A stretch of 64,000 nucleotides of DNA, taken from NCBI GenBank assembly GCA_965637545.1, contig OZ281496.1, forward strand, positions 18,290,001-18,354,000, given 5' to 3'. The DNA is from Phallusia mammillata (taxonomy: Eukaryota). Positions 24,801-36,893 of this stretch are shown piece after piece. The position numbers and the translations under genes are program-made. A model generated the notes under the pieces. The model worked only from the letters and a program-made list of their open reading frames with translations. It made no database searches and was not told the DNA's origin. The stretch's first letter is position 1. Each line of letters begins with the position of its first letter.

Positions 24801-26556
24801 TGTTCACCATTTAAGGTTTGATGGAGAAGAAATGAAGAAATGTTTTCATCCCGAGACAAGGTGTTGTGTTTTAAAATAGATTTGAAAAGGAATATACGCG
24901 TGATTCGAATATTTTGTTAGATGGAAAACCTTTACTCATCCAAGCCCATTTCGCCCTTGTAACGAATTTTAGTTTTGCTTGATTGTTGCAGATATTTTAC
25001 AATCATTCGCCAACCATGGAACCATTTTCTTTCGGCGTACAACTTTTTTCCCGATTGGGAAAAGCGAACTCTCAACTGCGGTGGAATGCCGACTGTATAC
25101 ATTCAACAGGGTGAAAAGATGGATCCTATAAAATTTTTGTCAAAAGCTGCTGTCTTGTTAAATTCGTCAGTTCCTTTTTATTTTAGGTATTTTTTCACTT
25201 TGTCTCAACCCGTTAACGACCCGGTTGTTGAAAAAAAGAAAATGGATATAATTTTCTAATTACTTGGGTATTAAAGTATAAACGAGTGGTTATCAACTTA
25301 AACGTAGTGAAAAAGTAAAACGTTAAAAATAGGCTATTTCCTACCTTGTTTCTAAATTATATCACTCTGAGAGTATAAGATAAAATATTTGAAAACTATG
25401 TAAAGATGTTTTACGCAGATTTCGAAATTATCAATCCCATGATTTGGGAATAGATCCGATGTTAAAGGACGTCAATGAGATTGAAAGCCAAATACAGGAA
25501 TTGGATAAAAACATGGATCTAGTAATGTTACTGGAATATTTTGACGAGTCTTTAATACTGTTAAAGGTTCGCTATGTCACAATCCTCCGTCTGATACTCC
25601 TAACAAACTGGAGTGCCGTTATCTGCTTATTCTTATTATCAGCTGTGCTGATGTGGGTTTGTTGGTCGAAATCGTATGTTCAGTCCGCAGTTAATTATTT
25701 TTTTCGAAGAATATTGTTCGATTTCAAGACTTGGACAAAAGTGCATCGACCAGAAGTCATAATTTTAATAAAAAAATATCATTGTCGTAAAGCGTAGGTG
25801 CCTAATTTTTCCACACAAATTTAGCCCTTTTCCAAAAGTTGACTTTCATGAGTAATGACTTGAACAGCTCGAAGCATTTATAAATGAAAAAATATAATTT
25901 GAAAGGCTCTCTAAAAGCAACATCAAACGCAAAAAAACACAACACTTGCTTTTTTATTAGGATTTGCTTTGTTTTGATTGGGATGTTTTGAATCAAGTTC
26001 GTCACAGTAACAAACGTTACTACAAAGAAAAGACGTTACAAAATGAAGAGGATAAGAAAAACTTTGAGCAGCTTTACAACATTGTACGTATATATATAAG
26101 TGTGTTGACATATTTCTTTTATTCTGACTTACACTTCATTTTGTTTTGATTTTCGTTAAAAATCGTTGAAATCGAAGTAAATTTAAAATGTTTTTTTTTA
26201 TAATGTCTTCTTCGGAACAAACTAAAAGTGGATTTTGTGAGTTTGTATAAATTAGAAGATGTACAATTGTGGTGTTTGAAGAACAACCGTTTTTATTTTT
26301 ACAGGACATTGCACTGTACGATTACTTCAACAAAACCTTCTGGAAACGAGTTGAAGACTACGGACGGGACAGAATGGCTCAAAATCTAGAAATACTTCGT
26401 AAAAGACAAAATAAACCTATAACTTTCCCATCACTTGGTCGCCGACCAAAACCACAGGTGGATTCCCAACTAAAAGCGGAAATTCAAACTTATATGTTTG
26501 AGAACAACGGAAAATGTGTCTACCCGGGTTGGAAAGAGCCGCTGTACATTCCATAG
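6844..26556 (+). CDS. GAL3ST: Galactose-3-O-sulfotransferase family gene, copy A (intact, 405 aa, type II membrane protein)
   Basis: Exons 6844-6999 (TM anchor MHLSILYRICLGLTVILSLVAVCMW), 10659-10850 (5'-PSB motif YVKTHKTGSTT), 24709-24860, 24992-25186 (3'-PB motif YFTIIRQPWNHFLSAYNFF), 25419-25566 (DLVMLLEYFDESLILLK), 25961-26083 (DLLCFDW), 26305-26556; all GT-AG and phase-compatible, total 1218 nt. Family-level assignment only; orthologue number not determinable. Confidence 0.88.
7515..9215 (-). CDS. 566-aa gag-derived ORF (gag N-terminus fused to a low-complexity region, running into the 3' LTR)
   Basis: ORF track; starts just after the PBS; no pol motifs. Confidence 0.65.
   Translation of the reverse strand: MASARQYLDIGKQLEYVDEELRKHVEEQVKHDREHELEEQKFQQDAEAAQRRRDAEAAQRRCDVETAQRKRDAEAAQRRCDVEAAQRRCDVETAQRRRDAEAAQRRCDVETAQRKRDAEYEAARRRRDAEAAQRKLDAEVAAAHRRLEATKGRHEAMKKRLEAGRKERQQIREHELAMKKLELETRNCRREKTNGVTTNAGKCQEQPTRMYEINAVDRQLLAAFPRENSTMSSQICVKKKVDVDRVHMVEDEQERIPEPMNKRLVTTSVKRTEICDSVEKNVKQPDEQTKDLSQGRIETEVEMFDKEESGSVTQQATEKNTTIRTKTRGQDAELSQEQVNMQLHTEEGGGIVALIQKTTKQSAISKTVVDVQDQELVQNRPSVDLQMLDRRMSISSLQQVFEEPTDDSLVLAPTSECNVQSAFIPVLSSTTTRRQTKQQMQSGNEFAESSFRDSKPCRFRRDFQTWFRYGSKQEKSKERNRWMEKATPSANKNFDLRLALMSCRNICRRLREIFLFEENLLLKTGFCHKCSRPPYDKIARPNYHGSWTISVRLESIVAGAIVLSLL
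8784..9083 (-). repeat. 27-bp coding tandem repeat (RRRDAEAAQ / RRCDVETAQ), about 11 units
   Basis: Directly visible repeats gcatcgcgtctcctctgcgcagcctcg and variants. Confidence 0.9.
12947..12984 (-). ncRNA. Minimal type I hammerhead ribozyme motif
   Basis: Reverse complement TCA-CTGATGA-T-GGCA-TGAGCATT-TGCC-GAAA-CGTT-TGA; palindromic stem III (AACGTT). Confidence 0.7.
13191..13463 (-). pseudogene. GIY-YIG endonuclease C-terminal fragment (Penelope)
   Basis: Manual translation LKCSCGKTYIGETRRNLGTRVHEHQQ...LLESIFIQRYKPELNVDSKSVPLYLFNT*. Confidence 0.9.
13712..13749 (+). ncRNA. Minimal type I hammerhead ribozyme motif
   Basis: TCA-CTGATGA-T-GGCA-TGAGCATT-TGCC-GAAA-TGTT-TGA (one change in stem III). 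Confidence 0.62.
16642..16841. other. Assembly gap (200 N)
   Basis: N run; by symmetry it should correspond to about 18200-18590 of the right arm. Confidence 0.98.
17700..24172 (-). repeat. Right arm of the giant inverted repeat
   Basis: Starts CAGGTCTCAACATGCCCC (mirror of 17322-17339); ends at the Maverick-type terminus. Confidence 0.92.
21873..22904 (+). mobile_element. Internally deleted Tc1/mariner element private to the right arm
   Basis: TA TSD (single TA in the left arm); TIRs of about 270 bp starting CAGTGCCG / CGGCACTG; frameshifted Tc1 DNA-binding-domain remnant (RKSGSGAPKKTS...LKDLKLPCRQAAKKPML); no DDE domain. Confidence 0.88.
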
Positions 26557-28205
26557 ATCAGCAGTTTTTCTAAAATTAATCCTGTTATTGCTGCAGATAG
26601 TGTGTTATAAATCGAATAATGTCAATTTAGCCCTGGTCATGCAGAGTTGTTTGAACTGTTTGCTGATTTACTAAAAATTAAAAAAAACAAAAAAACAAAA
26701 ACAATATTACCCCTATTGCAGGTGTTGCGTAATGCAACATGGTGCCATTTGCTAACCATGGTGTTATAATAACACAGACAATCAATCAGTTCCGTCATGC
26801 CTCAAATAGCAGACGAACGGCAGAAGGATGTGATATGGCTCGGTTTGCTCGGGTGGGACAGGAAACGTTTAGGCTTGCGTTGTTAAAAGAAACAAACCAT
26901 GCATTTCAAAAATGAATAACTGACGCATTCTTTATCGCATCTCTTGTAACTTCGCGTGTATTATCTTTGTATTGTGTAAAGTTAGAAGCGCATGACGCAA
27001 GCTGGCAACCGGATATAAAGACCGCGCCCAGTTGCGTCAGTATATATAGGCCTCGCCCAACTTCCTCAAATTTATGTGATGTTTATGTTATGTTATGTTT
27101 TTGACTTTGGGAATGTATGTATTTGTATAATTTTACATTGCATTTAATGAAATCAGAAGGTGGTGTGTTAAAGGTTGTAAGTATTTAGGGCCATAGCCCT
27201 GCTATATAGTTTACGTCTAATTTAAACTAGAAGTAGTGCACAGAGGTCTATAAGCGTAAAAGTGAATTCACGCTTGATTAAGTATGAAATGAGATTTTAG
27301 TTTGTGACGACAGTTTAGACTTGAGACAGATAATCCAGTCTCATTAGGCTAACTGAAGCGTTAACAGCAGGGTTACACAACGCCTGAACTACAGACCAAA
27401 TTAAACTTTTAATCGGTTGAAGTATGACACATGCAAAGCGTTTAGTCACTATTTAGCTTTAAAAATGCCTTGTTGTGGTTTTTGAGTTGAGTTTATTTCG
27501 CCGGACGAATCGTAGCAGCACAATTGCGCTAAAATATTCACCAAGCCAAGTATAACACATGTAAAGCGAATGCCTTGTTGTGGTTTTTAGTGTACTTGAC
27601 TAGTTTGTTTGCTGTTCGTTATAAAATGATATAGTTTTTCTGACCATATTGCTTATTGAACTTTTATTGTTGAAATAAAGTGGCCAACTTGTCAGCAAAT
27701 CGTTAAACATCGCAAAATGATTTCAACTACATTCATAAATGAAAAGGTTCGCCTGTCCGTACGAGTTTCAGGTTCAAGTTTAGTTTATTTGCCCTGAAAT
27801 CAAACGAAAATAAGTGATTTTACCACAAAGATTGTGCGTGCGGTGCAGCGAAAGACCTCGTGATCATCCTGTCAGCCACCCCTTACACGGGAAGGTTTGC
27901 ATTAACACGTCACTAAACATGTGGTGACAAATGTCCAAAAATAAAGTAATCTAAGTAAACAATCTGGAAAAAATAAAGTAAACAGAAACTGTAAAGGAGT
28001 AGCAGAGGGCAAAAAAGATGGCGAGTAATAAACGTTGGAAAATGAACAACTAATCTTACGCAAGATTCACACGGACAAAGAGAGTAAGAGGAGAAATGTA
28101 CCAAATAAACATCCAAAAAAATGAAGCGAACATAAGAAATAACAATAGGAAACACATGATTCAACAAGGCAAAAGACTTGGTCCTGCTTCGTAGGATTTT
28201 TTCTT

Positions 28206-28660
28206 GAGTTGAGTTGAGTTGAGTTGAGTTTATTTTGCCGGGCGAATTCGTAGCAGCACAATTGCGCTAAAATATATACCAAGCCGGAAATACGTTGATG
28301 GAACCAGTCAAGTTGGGACCTAAAAGCTAACCACCCGTGTTAGGAAAGAGGGTGGGGTTCAACAGGAAAAGAAACCACCAAAAGAAACCCTGATGGATAG
28401 TTTCAGGCGCCGGAAGAAAGGGTGCAGCACAAAACTCAGTGACGATGGTACACAGTATGTAGTTGTACTACATTTCACAAAAATGACACAATAAATACAG
28501 ATAAATAAATCAACAAGAATTAAAATAAATAAATAAATAAACAAGAAAAAAAGAAAAAAATGAGTCCATGAGCTGTCGCATCGTCGGGAGGGGTAAGGGG
28601 TCACGAGAGTTGGTCGTTAACTAGCTGGTCAGCTGCCTGTGGAAATAACTGCAACGAATC
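28206..28660 (-). mobile_element. Probable 3' end of a LINE/SINE with AATAAA plus (ACTCA)n tail; shorter copy near 27484-27545
   Basis: (TTGAG)n on + followed by a shared motif of about 55 bp at both sites; far boundary uncertain. Confidence 0.45.
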
Positions 28661-30553
28661 ATCACCTCTTAAAACTACCAGATATTAGCACACTTGCAAG
28701 TAACTTGTTTGTTCACACAGCACCCGGTGAATATTAGTTTAAAGTCGTGTTTTTTATAGCTGTGTGGAGTGCAAACTTAGACAAACACACACACTCAGAG
28801 AGACACAAATATGAATACCTAGTGGGTTTCAAAAGTTTATGTATGTAATATATATGTAAATGTTGTAATGTCAACAACAAGTGGAATTTTCAGAATGTGC
28901 TATTCATGCATGACAATCTGTTAGTAAAAGTAGTGCTGTAGTGGGAGTAAAAAAGGCTAAAAGGCGGTTACTGTGCAGACAACAACTAAAAACACATGCA
29001 AGTTGAGTGACCCTGTGCCTGAACCTCTATTGCCTATGGCGTAGTATTAAGCAAGCAGGTGAAGGGTGTACAAGTCACATCAGTGCTAATCAATATTTGT
29101 TTAACAAATGTGAAGTAAAGTGATTTGCAAACAGTCTTGCTTTAGGTGCATTTCTAATTCGGTCAGGGATATTATGGTTTTATGAAGGAGGAGCTGGCAC
29201 GAGCACTTATTTGCGAGCACTTGTTTGTGTTTCGTTGCCATGCCAAGCCGAGCAAACTCTACATCTCATTCAGTAGCTGTTTTTTGGTGTTTGACTTGAA
29301 TTTGGCAAATGGTAATGTTTTGGTTAGTTTTGGGATTGCAGCCCAAACGCTTACTGCAAGGTATTTGAGTTTTTTTTTCCGAAATTTGTTGCAAAGCGGA
29401 GATGAGAAAAGTTTTTGGCATGATTTTGTCTTGTATCGTGTGGAAAATTTCGGAAGAGGCCTGGAAATATGATTGAAACGTACATAGGAATTTACAAAAC
29501 TCATAAACCAAGAAAAACTCGTTTTAATTATATTTTTATGAAGGATTTACAATTTCGGGGTTGCAAAGGTCATAGAAATATTTCATTAGTTTATAGAGGA
29601 GGCAATAAGGCCCAATAGATTTAAGTTTCATTATTTCTTTAATTATGTTCGAAAGAAAGCTACCAAGCGTAAATTTTTACTCGTTGCGTTGCTGATATGC
29701 TCTCGTTTATCAATACAACTTAGTCAGTTAGGACAAACATATTAATTGCGTACACAAGGAAATTTTGTTTAAAATAACTGCTGTTATGAATTTTTTGAAC
29801 CGATTTTTTTTCATATCTCACTTTTAGCCTTGTTTATTAACCTATTAACATATCCCAACTGAGAAAGTTATCTTTGTGACACGATGACACCAGTTAATTA
29901 CAACTATTACAAAAACGTTATATTTTTGCAGGAAATAAATATGCTTGCATATTCTTTAAACTGTAGTTACACGCAAAAATACATTAATGATGAATTAACG
30001 ATTCCACCAACAAACACTCATAACCGGATTTTTTCATATCTCACTTTGAACCGGATTTTATTTATTAACATATCTCAATTGGAAAAGTTGTAAGTCTTCG
30101 TAATGACACCAGTTCAGTATAACTATATCCGCAAACGTCATTGAAAAAAAATATTTTAACATCTACTTTTTACCAGTTTTCTTATTCTTTCGTTTGTATA
30201 AACTTTTACACCCAAAATATGTATCTACAATAGATTTTCGACATAACTGCATGGCTTCTTTGACAAGAATTCGTCATTGGCGAGTGGTCTGAAGTCCTGA
30301 AGTCCTCGTTAGTTAGTGAGAAGGTGTGCGTTAAGTTTAGAGTCGGTTAGCAAAACGGGGGTTCGAATAAAAAATCTTAACTTAGGTCATGCGTCAAAAC
30401 CGAGCTCGCTAAACTTAATGAGATGTGGTAATAATGCCGCTCCTGGAAATCTAAACATGGTAAAGTTGTCTTGAGAAACGCAAATACATTGGTAACTGCA
30501 ATTGTGTGTATATTTGTAACTGTTTAATGGTCGTATATATTTGTAACTGCAAT

Positions 30554-31022
30554 TGTTACCGAATTATTTCGGCAGGCCTGACAAATCGATCTTATGCACC
30601 AAGCCTGCTTACTTAATTCGTAACCGGTCCAGAACCCTGCAATAACGGCTCACCACTAAAGCCAATTATACTCCCTCACACTGGTTTAGCTTATGGGATA
30701 TATTTTATATTTACTCATATTTAAAACAAGGTAAAAACAAAGTTACACCGGGCACGTGGCAACCCACCACCAACATCAATATCACCACGTTTCACGGCAC
30801 CCAGAGAAAAAGCCATCTCTTTGACTAGTGACGCCCTATTTAAAGCATGCGGAACAGGAAGGCACATTCCGGCGCAATCAACGCTTTCACAACTAATCAC
30901 TCCTAAGGGGAAGCAGCGAGGGTGCCATAACACAAAAACGTAATTAAGGTGCCACAACGAAAAAGAACGAAAACAATAAGTGACGGTGACAAAAAATAAC
31001 AAGCAAATAAAATTTCGCTACA
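30554..31022 (-). mobile_element. Solo LTR related to the LTRs at 37572-39588
   Basis: TG...CA ends; 4-bp TSD CAAT (30550-30553, 31023-31026); shared motifs (gaaccctgcaataacg, acccagagaaaaagcc). Confidence 0.75.
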
Positions 31023-31604
31023 CAATCACCAAAGTAATTAAACTTGCTTCAATTCAAATAACTGTGATCTTTACATACCACCTGTCGGTAGTTAGCAAAC
31101 CTTATTTGGTGCGAGTTACTATGTTAGTTACTCTACCAAACTGGTCAAGGCAAAAAAATACGCAACTTTTTAATGGAAACATTACAAAATTGAGACACTA
31201 AATGCTACTAGAGGTTTCGACAATACACAACGCACGTACGGGTAATTTGAAAACATGTAACGCTAAACAATCGGAAAAAGAGGATCTAGACAGAATTATG
31301 TCAAACGGTTCCGGTTTTCAATTGTTTAGTGTGGTGGTTAGTTACATTTCTAACGTTGCTGCGGGTAACAAATTGAAGCAAGAAAGTTACATCCTTGCGG
31401 GCTGGGAAATGCTGCAGTAGGTGGTCAAGCATTGATGTTTTAGGTAGCTGTTGCCGATATAGCTTTTCCGTAGGCGAATTTAAATGATATGCCACTAAAG
31501 AAAAGCTAATTGCCAATAAGGCTGGTGTTTCTAATCTTGAATGGTTTTGAGAAACCTAACAGCAGGTTTTAATGCGAAAGTAATGTTGTATTTTACATTT
31601 TGTT

Positions 31605-31822
31605 GTGGCAAGTCTATTTTTTTCAACATACGCGTATCCGTGGACTTACAACATTGAAAAACCTGGGCTAAAACCTGGGCAAAATCTGTTTTACTCTTTT
31701 CTATCACTGATCGCAGTGTGCATGTGGAACTTTGCAACTTTTAAATCGTCCTTTGCCCAAAAACAGGAAATCGACAAAAATTTCAATGTTATAAAAAAGT
31801 CGATAAAAAGGAAAGTAAAAAG
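31605..31822 (+). pseudogene. Decayed paralogue of the Gal3ST transmembrane exon
   Basis: ...FLSLIAVCMWNFATFKSSFAQKQEIDK matches ILSLVAVCMWNLSAFTSTVAPKKEINK; donor AG|GTAAGT is phase 2, incompatible with exon 2; deleted in the unit-C counterpart (near 46565). Confidence 0.6.
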
Positions 31823-32295
31823 GTAAGTATTACATTAAAGTTACATAAGAATGTGTGTTGCAAATAGTATTAAAAAACGGTATCTATTACTGATGTTAAG
31901 TTCTGAAAACAATTTGCACTGTGATAGTCGCCAGGCTTTAATTTGTGTTAGAGTTTCATTACAGTATGATTATTCGTACTGTTTTCGTAAACACACTTTA
32001 GTTATTTAGTTGCAAAAAGGATAAACACGCTTTTTTCTGCTTGTCGGCATACAATTTGTTCCAAAGACTAGTATGTCTTGAGAACACTAGATACAAGCTG
32101 TTTTGAAACTTAAGTAGCTTAAACTAAACCAAATTGTCAAGAGCTTACATATAGTGTAAACGTTTTATCGTAAAGTTTTCAACAATTGCTGCCATTACAG
32201 TGTCATTGAACTATTTTACTTCTCATGCCCTTTACCCTGATGCCACGATACCGTACCTTATATGATTGGCTGGTTTTAATAAAAAAAAAAAAAAA

Positions 32296-34166
32296 GTCAA
32301 GTCAAGTCAAGTCAAGTCAAGTTTGGGTATGTCCTGCCGTAGGATCGCAACCGACCGCACGAACCTGTCGGGGTACGTCCGGTTGCATGAGACGGTAGTT
32401 GAACCCGCAGGTTCTGCTGGCCAAATGAAACCCGCCTAAACGGAAACACCAGCTCGGTTCCTCGGAACGTTTCCTGTGATCCCGTAATAGGCAGACCCGG
32501 ATGCCCCGAGGACAGTTCGTTGCGACGATGAAATTGTTGCCGTCGAGCATCTCCTCCTCTGCTTTCGTAAGATCGATCGCGAGATCTCTGATGTTGTTCG
32601 CTGGGAAAGGTGCCGCACTGTCTTCGACCCGGATGGCTGATCTGAAAAACCGAATCCTACGGCAGTATGTTGTTCTTTTGTATGTGACCAAGTTATCCAG
32701 TTGCATATAATAGTATAGAATAAAAAATAAAAACGCAAAATCTCACTAAGACAAAACTGAAACACACACACAAAAACACAAAAGAAAAAAAGTGAAAAGT
32801 AGGGTAGTGATGACATAGGAGAACAAGCTGTGTTATATGTATTCTGGTTTAAGCGACGACACGGAAGTGAATTAATTGTTGATGGGTCATATTGCGTTAA
32901 TAAATGCAAGCGAAGCTGTTTTTTAAAAGAGGACAAGCGTGGCAGAGACTTGATATCGTGTGGTAAGTCTTCCCATACTTTTGGACCTTGATGACAAATT
33001 GATCTTGTGCCGAACGCAGTGTTTACGCGAGGATGAAAGTAATTCTGGTTTTCGGCCCTTCGGGTGTTGTGATGGTGCACTGACGTAATAGGTGTAAACA
33101 GAGAGTTGTATGTGGAAGGTAGGGTACCAGTACGAAACGCATGTAGTAGTTTGGCTACCTCAAGTTTGTAAATGTCTTTAAAGTTTAGAAGACGGAAGTC
33201 GTGATATAGTGGAGTAGCGCGACATCGGTAAGGGCTGCGAGTGATAGCTCGCAAAATTTTGTTATGTTTGATGTTAAGGGTTTTAATTGATGCAGCGCAT
33301 CCGCTACCCCACGCCGCGACGGCATAGTGCAGATAGGGGTACGCAAAAGAGTAGTAAATAATACGGAGAAACTCTTGTCCAAAGTAGTCACGCAGCTTAA
33401 ACATAATACCGCAGGGTTGTGCTAGTTTTCGTTCCACATGAGCTATGTGTTTCTCCCATTTTAACTGATCGTCGATATAAACACCAAGATATTTTGTTTT
33501 GTTGATCGCTGTATTTGCTGCGACCCTATGGAAATCGAAAACTTCTGCGAGTTTGAGCGCCTACAAGGACAAAACAGTAAATACGTTGTTTTATTCGTAT
33601 TAAGCGATAGTTTGTTGTGGCGCATCCAGTTGTCAACATAAACGAGTTCCTTGTTTACGTTTGCCTGTAGATCAGTCAGCGACTCTGATGACATGCTTAA
33701 ACACGTGTCATCCGCAAAGAGTTTCGTTGTGAATTTAAATGCCGTTGGTAAATCATTTATGTAAAGCGAAAAGAGTAAAGGAGCCAGTGACGAACCTTGA
33801 GGGCAGCCACAGGTTACGTTTAGCAGTTGTGATGTTACGTTTGATATGCGTGTGCACTGTTTACGATGACTTAAGTAGCTACGGAACAGTTCTAAGGGGC
33901 TTCCCCGTATTCCATACTGATGCTCCAACTTCCACAACAAAACTCCAAGAAAGGTCCAAGAAAATAGCACATGTGTATTGCTTTTGATCAAGCGCAGCTA
34001 ACACTCTTTCATGGATGTCGTAAATTGCCAGGGATGTGGACCGATTGCATCGAAAGCCATACTGGTGAGTTGTTAACATTTCATTTTTTTCAACATAGTT
34101 GTACAGACGTTGATACATAATTTTCTCAAAAATCTTAGCAAAAGGGGACAGTAGTGAAGGGGACAG
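32296..34166 (-). mobile_element. 5'-truncated CR1/L2-clade (Crack/Daphne-like) LINE with decayed RT
   Basis: ORFs 33879-34181, 33461-33991 (GCPQGSSLAPLLFSLYINDLP, LFADDT) and 32436-33437; frameshifts; (ACTTG)n tail at 32296-32322; absent from the paralogous site near 50450. Confidence 0.9.
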
Positions 34167-34463
34167 AACAAAAGTATTCATCTAGAAAAAGGAAAACAAT
34201 ATAAGTGATTTCTAAGAGCACAAATCTGTTAAGAGTGGTGGTACATACATTACATGAACTCATTGCAAATGTCTCATTCTTTTGGGAGACCCCATATGCA
34301 TCTATTGGTACCCATTAACCCATTTGGCCCATTAACCCATATGCATTACTTATTAACCCATATGCAGCGGTTTGCCCTAAGAGTTCACTGTATTAAAGTT
34401 AATACACTAAAACCAATATACTGTAAATCCTTGGTTAAATAGAATCAGTCGGTTTTAAATGAA

Positions 34464-34500
34464 GAAATATATATTTCACCTATGTGGCATCATCAGTTCC
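34464..34500 (-). ncRNA. Minimal hammerhead ribozyme motif
   Basis: Reverse complement GGAA-CTGATGA-TGCCACATAGGT-GAAA-TATATA-TTTC. Confidence 0.6.
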
Positions 34501-35048
34501 TGTAACCGAAATACAATACGATATAAAAATGATTGCTAAAACAAACACGCTAAAATAAACCAACGGTGGTGGGTGCCGATGGAGTTCCTAACGTATTCGA
34601 GGCAGGACCATTTCTTGAATATTTATTTTAGGGTCCAATATTTTTTGCCATTTGGCCTCGCACAAGTCTAAATTTTCTTTATTAGGTTTTTCAACAAAGG
34701 TAATGCCAAAACATGTAGCGATGTCAGGTTTCTGTTTTAAAATATCAGTGTGGTTGCTGGCGTAATGCCGTAATAAAGCTGCCTTGTCATTTTTTTCCTT
34801 CGGCACCCACCACCGTTGGTTTATCCCTGCATGCGCGTGCCTGCCCTACTTTTCTTCTGTATTTTCATTTTTTCTCCCTTGATTCAGTGCCCGGAGTTTT
34901 CGCTTGTTCTGTTTGTGTTTGAGGTTGGTTCAGACAGCGTTGACAGTTTAAAACAGTAAAATCTTGTTTTACTGCTTTTGTTTTATTTATTTATTTTAGC
35001 GTGTTTGGTTCAGCAATCATTTTTATATCGTATTGTATTTCGGTTACA

Positions 35049-35085
35049 GGAACTGATGATGCCACATAGGCGAAATATATATTCC
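35049..35085 (+). ncRNA. Minimal hammerhead ribozyme motif
   Basis: GGAA-CTGATGA-T-GCC-ACATA-GGC-GAAA-TATATA-TTCC; stems I and II pair; palindromic stem III. Confidence 0.72.
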
Positions 35086-36893
35086 TTCATTTAAAACCGA
35101 CTGATTCTGTTTAACCAAGGATTTACAGTCTATTGGTTTTAGTGTATTAAAGTTACAAAGGCAAACAGTGATCGTCAGTTTAAGACATGCTGTTGATGGT
35201 TTTGATCTATTACTAAAGTTATCATTTTGATCTGTATTAAAGTTATACGTTTATACGTATTAAAGGACTTAGGTTTCTTAAAAATAACGGACTTGATAAG
35301 GACATTGGTTGGCGATTCGAAAGGGGGTGCGAAAATTGGTTGGTGATTTGAAAGGGGTGCAGCAAGGAAAAAAGGTTAAGAACCACTGAGCTAGTGACTG
35401 GACTTGGCCTTATGTCAAACACCCCTAAAACGAAATTCTTTAAGACCAATTGTCTGTTGTGTTTGTTATCTTGGTCTGTTCTGAGCCTTCGATTTGGTTT
35501 GTTCTGAGGGGGAATGTTTAGGCCTGTCAACCAAACTTTCGCGCTTAAACGGACTTCTCAAAAACGATTCGGGTTTGGGCATGGTTCAATTTCAGGTCCG
35601 TTTACAACAAAAGATCCACAGAAAGTACATTTTCAACTTCTAATTGCAGATGTTGAGGATCACATATTTCACTGCACAGGAATGCCGAAAGTTTACAATT
35701 AACAGGGGAAATGTTGGAGAGAACTAAATTTATGTTCAAAGCTGCTGTGCTGAGTTTCGCAACATCATGCTTTTTTCCAAAAAATGCTTGGTAGAGAAAA
35801 TACAGCAAAGTAATGTACATGCAATTCATATGAATACAAATAATGTGTTCTGACATGTCAACAGAGCTGTTGATGGCTGTGAACAAAATAACAATGCGGA
35901 AAACTCAGCACAATCGTCCTCGACGATCCATGCATGATTATGACAGGTTGATTGGTCCCGGCTTATATTGTTTTCGACGTTCGCTATGACGTGGCTTTAT
36001 TAACCAATTGTGCACACAACACATCTTGTGGTAGTTAATTACATTTGTAATGCATTGAACAGATGCTAGCTGCTTAAACCCTTGCTGTAAAAAATATGTG
36101 CTGTAAACACAATGAGTTTATTTAAGGTTTAGCAATAATCATTGCATATAACTGATCTTTAAGGCACTAGTTTAACTTTGTGTCCAAAGTTGGTGTCATA
36201 TTATATGATGAACAGGTTTTGCTACAAACTGCTCTAAACATATAAAAGCTTGATTGTTTGATAGTTCGAGATCAGGAAATGTTTTAGATAGCTTAGATAG
36301 CTGACACTTAATCGCAGGTTTAAGTGTTCAAAAAAATGGTTAATTTGGTGTATTGTGTTATGCAGACGCCTTTCTGTGGACGCCAAGAAACAAATACATA
36401 TGTCTACACTGTACCGAATCTATTTAGGTTTGACTGTCTTTCTGTCACTTGTCACCGTGTGCATGTGGAACCTTTCGACTTTCACATTCACTGTTGCACC
36501 AAAAAAGGAGATCAATAAATATGTTGGAAGTAAAGCTAACGATTTAACGGTATGCGAATTTTTTGTATTTACAAGCGTATTGCACCTATCACTGGTAACG
36601 TACGACTACATCAAACACGGACGCGAAAAATATTTAACATAACCAATGTATCTAAGAGCTTCCAGATAGCGAAAAAAAATATTGTAAACGTTTCAATGAT
36701 CTGCTGTACGGATACCATTAGAAATAGTTTTTGTAACTTGAAAGCGTACTTGATGAAAATATATTTTTATATTCCTTACCTGAAACGTGCAATTTTATTT
36801 TCGCGTGAATGTGACACACGAACTAATTATAATTTACGTTGTCGCAATCTCTCATATGCATTGTTGCAATACCGATCATGCGCTAAAAAATAT

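Larger units (their letters stand above)
34399..35150 (-). mobile_element. Second Penelope-like fragment with inverted pLTR copies
   Basis: Inverted repeats 34399-34579 and 34800-35150; ORF 34588-34806 resembles a PLE endonuclease C-terminus; absent in unit C. Confidence 0.72.

Noticed and set aside
26720-27365. Possible solo LTR or promoter-like insert after copy A
   Set aside because: Absent from units B and C, but I could not define termini or a TSD.
31202-31516. Duplicated ORFs at 31.2-31.5 kb and 46.3-46.5 kb as an extra gene
   Set aside because: Frames are not conserved between the two units and no domain is recognisable.
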